Below, one piece after another: positions 48,377-56,346 of a DNA stretch of 64,000 nt. Position 1 is the first letter of the stretch. Every line of letters starts with the position of its first letter. Position numbers and translations under genes: made by a program. The notes beneath the pieces were generated by a model. That model was given only the letters and a program-made list of their open reading frames with translations, did no database searches and was not told the origin of the DNA. This DNA is from Planctomycetota bacterium (GTDB lineage: Bacteria > Planctomycetota > JAJSAM01 > JAJVHW01): the NCBI GenBank assembly GCA_965248445.1, contig CBDFJG010000003.1, positions 768,001-832,000 on the forward strand. Reading direction: 5' to 3'.

Positions 48377-49227
48377 CCGAAGGTCTCGTCGCTCGTGAGC
48401 CGTGCGGACACGTCGGCGGCCAACGGCCGCGCCTCGGGCTCCTTGGCCAGCGTGTCGCGAAGCAGCCGCGCGACGCCTCTCGGGCAGCGCGGATCCACCG
48501 CACGCGCGTCGGGGACGCTCTTCTCCAGATGTCCGACGAGCACGTCGAGGAGCGTCGCCCCGACAAAGGGGGCCCGTCCGGTCAGCGTCCTGAACAGCAC
48601 GCAGCCGAACGAGTAGATGTCCGCAGGCGTTCCGGGGGTCTGTCCACGCACCTGTTCCGGCGCGATGCTGTGCGCGGTGCCGAGCACGGTCCCGGTGCGG
48701 GTCAGACGGTCGGAATCGGAGAGACGCGCCAAGCCGAAGTCGAACAGACGCGCGCGCGCCGGCGTCCCGGAGGCGATCAAGATGTTCTGTCCGGAGAGGT
48801 CGCGATGGACGACGCCCGCCTCGTGCGCCGCCGCCAGTGCGTCCGCGACTCCGGCCAGCAGACGGCACGCATCCCGGGCGTATTCGTCGTAGCCCGGCGC
48901 GCCCTTGTCCGGGCGGGTCGCGAGCGCCCACTCGGTCAGCAGCCTCCCGTCGAGCAACTCCATCGCGATCCAGGGCGTGGACTCTCCGTCCGCCTCGCGC
49001 ACGCCATGCCCCAGCACCTGCACGATGGCCGGATGCTGCGCGGCGCGGAGAGCGGCCACCTCACGGGCGAACCGTCCATCCGCGTTGTCCGACGGCGTTT
49101 TGCCGTCCAGCAGCTTGATCGCACACGCTTGGCCGGTCTCTCGGTCGCGCGCGCGGAACACGCGGGCGAACGATCCGGCACCGAGCGGCGCCAGGAGTTC
49201 GAAGCGTCCGCCCACGACCCCACCCAT
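48373..49227 (-). CDS. Stand-alone Hanks-type Ser/Thr protein kinase
   Basis: LGAGSFARVF, AIKLL, RF.RE, HRDLSGQN, DFGLAR, GT..SIAPE, DIYSFG. Confidence 0.88.
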   Translation of the reverse strand: MGGVVGGRFELLAPLGAGSFARVFRARDRETGQACAIKLLDGKTPSDNADGRFAREVAALRAAQHPAIVQVLGHGVREADGESTPWIAMELLDGRLLTEWALATRPDKGAPGYDEYARDACRLLAGVADALAAAHEAGVVHRDLSGQNILIASGTPARARLFDFGLARLSDSDRLTRTGTVLGTAHSIAPEQVRGQTPGTPADIYSFGCVLFRTLTGRAPFVGATLLDVLVGHLEKSVPDARAVDPRCPRGVARLLRDTLAKEPEARPLAADVSARLTSDETFG

Positions 49228-49264
49228 AGGCCGCGGAGTCTAGCTTGCCGGCGCTGCGAGTCCG

Positions 49265-50545
49265 CTATCGGCGCAGGAACGGTCCGGGGAACTCTCCGGG
49301 CGGGTGCGTCGCTTCGCGCGCAGCCTTGCGCAGGCGGGCGGCCTCCGCCTCGCGTCCGGCGTCGCCGGCCGCGAGGGCGTCCACGAAAAGAACGTCGTTC
49401 GTCCGCCCGGCCAGAGTCGCGTAGGCCACGCCCCAGTCGGCCCCGCCGCGCCCCAACAGGCGCGCAGCCATGGCGCGGACGAACGATGGCGCCTCTGCGT
49501 CTGCCAGCGCCGTCAGTTCCTTCCGCGCCTTCTCCGCATCCCCGGACTCGCGGTGGAGCAGGGCACGCGCGAACGCCATCTGCCGCGAGACGGCGGGCGG
49601 AAGGCTCGCAGCTTCCGTGCGGTCAAGGGCCGTCAGCGCCGCGCTCGCGTTCCGGGTCCCCGCGTGCGCCATCGCCAGGGCAAACGCCGCGCGCGCGGAC
49701 GTCCGGCCCTTCCCGGCCCAGCGCGTGGCCGCGGTGACAGCGCGCTCGTAGTCGCCGCAACGCAACAAGGACTCGGTGGCTTCTCGGACGATGTTGCGGC
49801 CGATGGGATCGAGCGGTGCGCCCTGCGCCGCCAGCAACAGGTCAGCGCCGGCCTCATCGAACTTCCCGAGTCGCTCCTTCGCCAGGCCGCGCACGAGCGC
49901 TACATCCGGGTACTGCTGCTCCACGGGGGCAACGAGCTCGAGCGCCTCGCGCGGATCGCGGGCGACGATGGTCGCCGCCAGTCCCGTGCGCGCGTCGATG
50001 GAGTTGGGATCGACCAGGACCGCGTGACGAAGTGTCGTCTCGGCGTCCGCCGTTCGGCCGAGGGCGCGCAGCGCGGCGCCGTGACCCAGGAGCGTGTCCA
50101 GTTCGTCCGGCCAGTGGCGCCGCGCGCGCATGTAGAGCACTTCGGCTTCCTTCGCGCGCCCGGCGGCGAGCAGTTCACCGGCCGCGTCACGCGCGATGAC
50201 GGGAGTCTCCTGGTCGAGCATCGCCGCGCGCAACAGGCTGTCGAGCGCTTCGACGTGGCGACCCGACTGCCGGTGCAGGATGCCCAGCGCGTGGTGCACA
50301 GCGGCCGCCTCCGGCTCCTCGGCGATCAGCTCCCGGAAGATCGTCTCCGCCGCCGCGTCGTCGCCCCGGTCGAACAGCCGCTGCGCCTCGCGGAATCGCT
50401 TCACGTAGCGATCGATGCGGAGCAGCTCGACGGGCGACGGAGGGGCGTCGTCAGTCCCGTCGCCGGGCACCGCGAGCAGCACAAGACACGCCGCCAGGGC
50501 AGCCGCGATGGGCAGGACGACGTACAGGCGTGCGCGTTTGGCCAC
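49265..50545 (-). CDS. Membrane-anchored tetratricopeptide-repeat protein
   Basis: N-terminal hydrophobic anchor followed by repeated TPR-like units (e.g. EPEAAAVHHALG, DPNSIDARTGLA). Confidence 0.8.
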   Translation of the reverse strand: MAKRARLYVVLPIAAALAACLVLLAVPGDGTDDAPPSPVELLRIDRYVKRFREAQRLFDRGDDAAAETIFRELIAEEPEAAAVHHALGILHRQSGRHVEALDSLLRAAMLDQETPVIARDAAGELLAAGRAKEAEVLYMRARRHWPDELDTLLGHGAALRALGRTADAETTLRHAVLVDPNSIDARTGLAATIVARDPREALELVAPVEQQYPDVALVRGLAKERLGKFDEAGADLLLAAQGAPLDPIGRNIVREATESLLRCGDYERAVTAATRWAGKGRTSARAAFALAMAHAGTRNASAALTALDRTEAASLPPAVSRQMAFARALLHRESGDAEKARKELTALADAEAPSFVRAMAARLLGRGGADWGVAYATLAGRTNDVLFVDALAAGDAGREAEAARLRKAAREATHPPGEFPGPFLRR

Positions 50546-50631
50546 GGATTGGGTCCCGGCGGCCTCCTCGGGGAACTACGCTCCCACCCTCGGCGCCGCC
50601 ACTCTCGGGATCGGCTGCCCGCGAGGGACAC

Positions 50632-53600
50632 ATGAACCTGAACGCTCTAATTCCGGGCACGGCCGTCGTCCTGGCGCTCCTCGCAGCGACCGCACGGGCA
50701 GGCCCGGAGATCCGCTCCCACGACCTCCAGCTGACCCTGGATCCGTCCTCGGGCAGGCTCGACGGCACGGACACGGTCGCTGTCGCGAGGGATGGCGGGG
50801 GCAAACTCCGCTTCTCGCTGAACGCGGCCCTCACCATCTCGGAGGCGCTCGTCGACGGCCGCAAGGCCCTCGGGCTCGAGAAGGTCGAGGACGACGGCTG
50901 GCGGGCGGAGTGGCAGATCGACGTGCCGGCCGGTCCGGGTGCGATGGGAGCGATGCGACTGCGTTACTCCGGCCGGATCCAGGACGACGTCGAGAAGAGC
51001 GAGACGCTTGGATTCGTGGTCGGCGACAGCTGCCGCGGTGTCGTGTTCGACCAGGGGGTCTACCTCTCGGGCGGCTCGTATTACTACCCCGACGACGGCG
51101 GCGTCGCGCGCTTCGACGTTCGTGTCAGCATCCCCGCCCCCTACCTCGCGATCTCGCAGGGCACATTGGTCGAGCGAACGTCCGTCGGGACGAGCGACGT
51201 GTCACGCTGGCGCGGCAAGGTCACCGCGGATTCACTGGCCGTCGTCGCGGGACGGCTGAAGTACTTCGAGCGCAAGGGGAAGCGCGTCACCGTCGGCGCC
51301 TATCTCTCGGACGCCAACGCCGCGGGTGCCGAGATCCTGCTGGACGCGGCGGAGCGCGAGATCGCCACGTACTCCGAGCTTCTCGGTGCTTACGCCTTCG
51401 ACCGGTTCGACGTCGTGGAGAACTTCTTCTCCTCCGGCTACGGCTTCCCCGAATTCACGCTTCTGGGCCAGCACGTGGTCGCGCGCATGGTCATGGAGTC
51501 GCAACGGTCCGGGCGCATCCCCCCGGGCTACCTAGACCACGAGATCGTGCACTGCTGGTGGGGCAACCTCGTGTACCCCGACTACGACGCGGGCAACTGG
51601 TGCGAGGGGCTGACGAGCTACTGCTCGAACTACCTCGCAAAGGAGCGCGAGAGCCCGGCGGCGGCGCGCACGCACCGCGAACGCAGTTCCGTGCGGTTCT
51701 CAACCCGGGTGACCGCGGACCGCGACTACCCCGTGCGTTCGTTCACGGGCAAGGTCGAGGACTTCGACAACGAGATCGGCTACACGAAGTGCTCGATGAC
51801 CTTCCACATGCTGCGTCGCGAGATCGGCGACAAGGCGTTCTGGAGCACCCTACGACGGGTAACGAAGGACCACGCAGGCAAGCGCGTCTCGTGGGCGGTC
51901 TGGCAAGCGGAGTTCGAGAAGACCAGCGGCCGCAACCTGGGCGAGTTCTTCGCACAGTGGCTGGACCGCACCGGGGCGCCGCTGCTGGGCCTCGGTGATA
52001 CGCGCGTCGAGTCGAAGGACGGACGAACGCGCGTGATCGGGACTATCCAGCAACACCTCGCGCCGGACGAGAAGCCATGGAAGCTCACCGTCCCCCTCGT
52101 CGTGGAACTGCTCGACGGTCAGGAGGAGTTCGAGGTCGTCCTGAACGGCGCGTCGGCGGACTTCTCCGTGCTCGTGCCGTCGCTCCCGCTAGCCGTGCAC
52201 GTGGACCCGGAGCACCACGTATTCCGACGTCTGGCGCCCGCCGAGATCCCGGCCTGCCTCTCCGCCACGTTGGAGCGTCCGCACACGATGGTCGTGTATC
52301 CCGACGACGACTCCGCGCTGCGCGCGGTAGCCGAGCGCGCGCGGTCCAAGGGCGCAACCGTCATTTCCGCGTCGGAGGCGCCGAAGACGGTCCCGAAGGG
52401 AGTCAGCCTCCTGATCCTCGGAGACACCGAGCGCGTGCCCCTGCTGGCGGCGTTGCGGGCGCCGCTGAAGTCTCACTTCCCCGGGCGCGGTGACGGCGAA
52501 GACGTGACCATCCTCGCGACGTCGCGCAGCCCCGCTGACCGCAACGAGTTCGTGACGACGTTCGTCGGGACACCCGAGGCACTCGCCGGACGCGCGCGCG
52601 CGATCTTCTACTACCAGTTCGACGGACGCATCGTGTTCGCCGGACGCCGGCCCCGTGAGCGCGAGACGGTACCCGGCGTCAGTCTCACGCGCAAGCGCGT
52701 GCTCCCCGACGTGCGCGCCGATCCGCTGCGGGTCGAGCGCCACTTGAAGGCGCTTACAGCGAAGGACATCGAGGGGCGCCTCGCGGGCACCGCCGCTGAG
52801 AAGGCGGCGCGGCGGATCGTGGCGACGGCCTTGCGCGAAGCGGGACTCGCAGTGTCGGAACAGAAGTTCTCGTTCAAGGTGCGTCGCACACACGCAGAGA
52901 GTGAACTCCTGGTCGGCGGCGAACGGGTCGCCGACGCACACCCGCTCGTTGCGTCTCCAACGACCGAGCCGGACGGCGTGACGGCAGCCGGGTTCGCCAG
53001 TGATCCGTCCGACGACCTGACCGGGCTCGCCCTCGTGGTAGACGTCCCGGCGCAGAGCGATGACCCGCTCGGGTTCGTGCGCGGTGTCGCCGAACTCGCC
53101 AAGGCCGGAGGGGCCGTGGCGGTGTTGGTGCGTGTGCCCGAAGAGGGCGCCGCGCGGGTGGCCGAGCTGTACGAGACGCCGGAGGCACTGCACCCGGCCG
53201 TGCGCGCGCGGTTGGACGCGACGAAAGCGCGCGGCGGATCCGGGGACCACCTCATGCGCGCGGCCGGTACGGCGGCCCGAAACGGGTACCGGGTCGACCT
53301 GCCGCTCCCCGCGTTCGCCGTGCCGGCCGATACCGCGCTGGACGGGACGCTGACCCTCATCGTCAAGTGGAACGAAGTCGTCATCGAGAGCGCGAACGTC
53401 GTCGGGCGCTTGCAGGGCGGCGGAGGCCGCGGCCGGGCGATCCTCCTTGGCGCGCACGTCGATCACCTCGGTACCGGCTTCCCCGGTGCGGACGACGATG
53501 CGTCCGGACTGGCCGCGCTCATCGAGGCAGCGAACGTCCTCGCCGCACATCAGGACCGGCTGTCGCGGGACGTGCTGTTCGTCGCGTTCGGGGCCGAGGA

Positions 53601-54009
53601 GTGGGGCCTGCGCGGCAGTCGTCACTACATGAACAGCTTGAACGCCGACTATCCGGTGGAGCCACGCGTGTCGGTCGCGCTGACGGCGGACACGATCGGG
53701 CACGCGGCGGTCACCGACGTCTCGATCGTCGGCATCTCCAAGCACCCGCGACTCGCGCGCGTCGTCGCCGCCGCACTCGAGCAGTCGTCGTTCACGGTCG
53801 GCAAGGACATCGACCGCTTCGCGTTCGCGCACGGCAGCGACCACTACTCATTCCACGAACAAGGTGTGCCGGCGGTCGATCTCTGGTCGGGCGACTACCA
53901 GGTCATGCACACGAAACGGGACACGCTCGACATCGTGGACCCGAAGAAGATCGCCCGCATCGGCCGGGCCATGGCGCTGGCCGCGCTCGCGCTGTCGAAC
54001 TCGTACTGA
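50632..54009 (+). CDS. Exported M1-like aminopeptidase fused to a PA-like insert and an M28 peptidase domain
   Basis: Signal peptide, M1 motif HEIVHCWWGN...NWCEGLT, M28 ligands GAHVDH, GADDDASG, AEEWG, ADTIG, SDH and MHT. ATG 50632 follows GAGGG. Confidence 0.88.
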   Translation: MNLNALIPGTAVVLALLAATARAGPEIRSHDLQLTLDPSSGRLDGTDTVAVARDGGGKLRFSLNAALTISEALVDGRKALGLEKVEDDGWRAEWQIDVPAGPGAMGAMRLRYSGRIQDDVEKSETLGFVVGDSCRGVVFDQGVYLSGGSYYYPDDGGVARFDVRVSIPAPYLAISQGTLVERTSVGTSDVSRWRGKVTADSLAVVAGRLKYFERKGKRVTVGAYLSDANAAGAEILLDAAEREIATYSELLGAYAFDRFDVVENFFSSGYGFPEFTLLGQHVVARMVMESQRSGRIPPGYLDHEIVHCWWGNLVYPDYDAGNWCEGLTSYCSNYLAKERESPAAARTHRERSSVRFSTRVTADRDYPVRSFTGKVEDFDNEIGYTKCSMTFHMLRREIGDKAFWSTLRRVTKDHAGKRVSWAVWQAEFEKTSGRNLGEFFAQWLDRTGAPLLGLGDTRVESKDGRTRVIGTIQQHLAPDEKPWKLTVPLVVELLDGQEEFEVVLNGASADFSVLVPSLPLAVHVDPEHHVFRRLAPAEIPACLSATLERPHTMVVYPDDDSALRAVAERARSKGATVISASEAPKTVPKGVSLLILGDTERVPLLAALRAPLKSHFPGRGDGEDVTILATSRSPADRNEFVTTFVGTPEALAGRARAIFYYQFDGRIVFAGRRPRERETVPGVSLTRKRVLPDVRADPLRVERHLKALTAKDIEGRLAGTAAEKAARRIVATALREAGLAVSEQKFSFKVRRTHAESELLVGGERVADAHPLVASPTTEPDGVTAAGFASDPSDDLTGLALVVDVPAQSDDPLGFVRGVAELAKAGGAVAVLVRVPEEGAARVAELYETPEALHPAVRARLDATKARGGSGDHLMRAAGTAARNGYRVDLPLPAFAVPADTALDGTLTLIVKWNEVVIESANVVGRLQGGGGRGRAILLGAHVDHLGTGFPGADDDASGLAALIEAANVLAAHQDRLSRDVLFVAFGAEEWGLRGSRHYMNSLNADYPVEPRVSVALTADTIGHAAVTDVSIVGISKHPRLARVVAAALEQSSFTVGKDIDRFAFAHGSDHYSFHEQGVPAVDLWSGDYQVMHTKRDTLDIVDPKKIARIGRAMALAALALSNSY

Positions 54010-54022
54010 CTGGCGTCGGGCA

Positions 54023-54046
54023 CGCGGATCGCAAACGCGATCCGCG
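54023..54046. terminator. Hairpin after the M1/M28 gene, between convergent genes
   Basis: CGCGGATCGC-AAAC-GCGATCCGCG. Confidence 0.6.
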
Positions 54047-54236
54047 CGCCGTCCTGGTCAGTTTGTATCCCTCCTACGCGACCTCCGGTCGCTACGGACG
54101 GCTGCGGTCACGCCGGTTGGTCCGGGGGGGCCACCGAAGCGACGAGTCGACATGCGTCGATGCGCCGACGGCGCCGCACGGGGTCGTTCTGCGCGGTCCC
54201 CGCCGGCACCAGGGTCCGAGGCGTCCGCGTCGCGCG

Positions 54237-55193
54237 TCAGTCGTCGGCGTCGTTGCCGCCGGTCATCAGGTCGAGCTGCTGTTGCAGGGTCTCGGCGTCG
54301 GGGTGGTGCGCGATGCCGTCCTGGAGGACCGCCTTCGCCTTCTCCACGTTGCCCTTCGCTCGGTACAGCTCGGCGAGTTCGAGGTACGTGCCCGCGTGCT
54401 TCGCGTCCGGCGTGACGCTCTGCTGCATCTCGCGCAGCTTCTCGTAGCGCTCGATCGCCTCCTGGCCCTTCTTGGGGAACATCGGGGGCCACTGGCTCAG
54501 CGAGAACGCGAGCGAGCGCTGCGCGTCCCAGTTCGTGGGATGTCGTTCGATGATGTCGCGGTAGACCTGCTCACCCTTCGCCGCCCAGGCCCCGCGCTCC
54601 GGGCCGAACGGGACACTCAGCAGCTTGGCGGTGTAGGCCTCGGCCAGCCGGAACGCAGACTCCGGGTCGTCGGGGTTCTCCTCGGCGGCCTTCTCGAACT
54701 CCGGGATGAGGTCATCGACCACTTCCGTCTCGCGGGCGAGCCGCCAGAACTCCACCCGATCGTCGTCGTCGCCCTCGCCGCTCACGATCTTGTCGCGCAG
54801 CGCATCGAACTTCGCGCGCAGCTCTTCCTTCGTCGGCGCGCCGATGTTCACGCCTCGGCCACCGCCATCGCCCCTGCGGACGCCCCGGCCCTCGAGAGCC
54901 GCCTTCTCGGCCGCTTCCACGCGCTCGATCAGCTCGCGCACCTTGTCGCGTAGCTGCCGCTCCTCTTCGCGCACGCGACCGATCTGCTTGTTGGCGTGCT
55001 GCACACCGTCCTGCAGACCGCGCACCTGCTCGCCCAAGGAGCCGATGCTCTCGTTGTCCAGGCCGGCCGTGTCCTCGAGGCCGTTGAGCGCATCGGTCGC
55101 GTCGGAGCGCGCCCACATGGAGAAGACGAGCGCGGCCCCCCCGAGCAGCAAGCCCGCGAGTCCGAACACGACCCCGACAGTGCCTTCCTTCAT
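54237..55193 (-). CDS. Membrane-anchored coiled-coil/TPR-like protein
   Basis: N-terminal TM helix (VGVVFGLAGLLLGGAALVF), a heptad region and TPR-like C-terminal units. ATG overlaps the mrp stop (ATGA). Confidence 0.8.
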   Translation of the reverse strand: MKEGTVGVVFGLAGLLLGGAALVFSMWARSDATDALNGLEDTAGLDNESIGSLGEQVRGLQDGVQHANKQIGRVREEERQLRDKVRELIERVEAAEKAALEGRGVRRGDGGGRGVNIGAPTKEELRAKFDALRDKIVSGEGDDDDRVEFWRLARETEVVDDLIPEFEKAAEENPDDPESAFRLAEAYTAKLLSVPFGPERGAWAAKGEQVYRDIIERHPTNWDAQRSLAFSLSQWPPMFPKKGQEAIERYEKLREMQQSVTPDAKHAGTYLELAELYRAKGNVEKAKAVLQDGIAHHPDAETLQQQLDLMTGGNDADD

Positions 55194-56251
55194 ACCTCCA
55201 CCTTTCCGAGGCGCCCGACCTGGCTGACCTTGCCCGCTAGGAGACGCGCCGTCTTGCAGAACGCCTCGGCCACCGCGCTGTCCGGATGACTGACGACGAC
55301 CGGTGTGCCGGCGTCGCCGCCCGCTCGCACCGTCGTGTCGATGGGGATCGCCCCCAAGAAGGGCCAACCGTGTTCTTCCGCCGCGGTTCGACCGCCGCCC
55401 TCGTCGAAGATCGCCGTGGCCGTGCTGCAGCAAGGGCAGATGAACGTGCTCATGTTCTCGATCACGCCCAGGATCGGGACGTTGACCCTGTCGAACATGT
55501 TCGCACCCTTTACCACGTCGGCCAGGGCCACTGCCTGCGGGGTCGTGACCATGACCGCGCCGGTGAGGGGGAAGATCTGCGTCAGGGACAGTTGCACGTC
55601 CCCCGTCCCGGGCGGCAGGTCCACGACCAGGTAGTCGAGCTCGCCCCAGTCCACGTCCTCGAAGAACTGTGTCAGCGCCTTGTGCAGCATCGGTCCGCGC
55701 CACACGACCGCCTGGCCCTCCGGAACGAGGTAGCCCATCGAGAGCAGCTTCAGCCCCTGCGCTTCGACGGGATGAATGCGCCCCTCCACTACCTCGGGCT
55801 TGCGTCCGACGGTTCCGGTCATCATCGGGCCGCTCGGTCCGTAGATATCCACGTCCATCAGCCCGACCGAGGCACCGTCCTGCGCCAGCGCGACGGCGAG
55901 GTTCACCGCGACCGTCGACTTGCCGACGCCGCCCTTGCCGGATGCGATCGCGAGCACGTTCTTGATGCCTGGAGCCCGCGCCGCATCCGGACCGCGGGAC
56001 GAAGCGACCTGCGCGCTCCAGTTGATCTCGACGGGCTCGACGATCCCGAGTGGCGCGACGGCGGCTTGCACGTCGGCCGCGATCGTCTCCTTCATCGGGC
56101 AGGCCGGAGTCGTGAGCTCGATGTCGAGGAACAGCTTGGGTCCCCCGAACTCAACTCCCTTGACCATCCCCAGAGAGACGATGTCGCGGTGCAGTTCCGG
56201 GTCCTGCACCTGCTTCAGTGCCTCGAGGATCGATTCCTTGGTCGCGGGCAT
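55190..56251 (-). CDS. mrp: Mrp/NBP35 (ApbC) Fe-S cluster carrier ATPase
   Basis: N-terminal DUF59 (DPEL..DIV.LG, TTPACP), SGKGGVGKST, DVDIYGPS, WRGPM, DLPPGTGD, ENMS.F.CPCC. Confidence 0.95.
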   Translation of the reverse strand: MPATKESILEALKQVQDPELHRDIVSLGMVKGVEFGGPKLFLDIELTTPACPMKETIAADVQAAVAPLGIVEPVEINWSAQVASSRGPDAARAPGIKNVLAIASGKGGVGKSTVAVNLAVALAQDGASVGLMDVDIYGPSGPMMTGTVGRKPEVVEGRIHPVEAQGLKLLSMGYLVPEGQAVVWRGPMLHKALTQFFEDVDWGELDYLVVDLPPGTGDVQLSLTQIFPLTGAVMVTTPQAVALADVVKGANMFDRVNVPILGVIENMSTFICPCCSTATAIFDEGGGRTAAEEHGWPFLGAIPIDTTVRAGGDAGTPVVVSHPDSAVAEAFCKTARLLAGKVSQVGRLGKVEV

Positions 56252-56270
56252 GGCGTTACCTCCGGCGGGG

Positions 56271-56328
56271 AGCATACGCAGCCGCGTGGTTTTCCCTCAC
56301 GAGACAGGGCGCGCCGTCACGAGACAGG
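56271..56328 (-). promoter_or_regulatory. mrp promoter region with a 12-bp perfect direct repeat
   Basis: TCACGAGACAGG at 56297-56308 and 56317-56328. A -10-like TATGCT lies on the minus strand at 56271-56276. Confidence 0.55.
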
Positions 56329-56346
56329 ACAGAAAAGTCGCAGCAG

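Noticed and set aside
54047..54236. 6S RNA, SRP RNA or tRNA
   Set aside because: There is no SRP GGAA-loop motif, no tRNA T-arm or CCA, and no recognisable 6S conserved blocks. It is kept only as a palindromic element.
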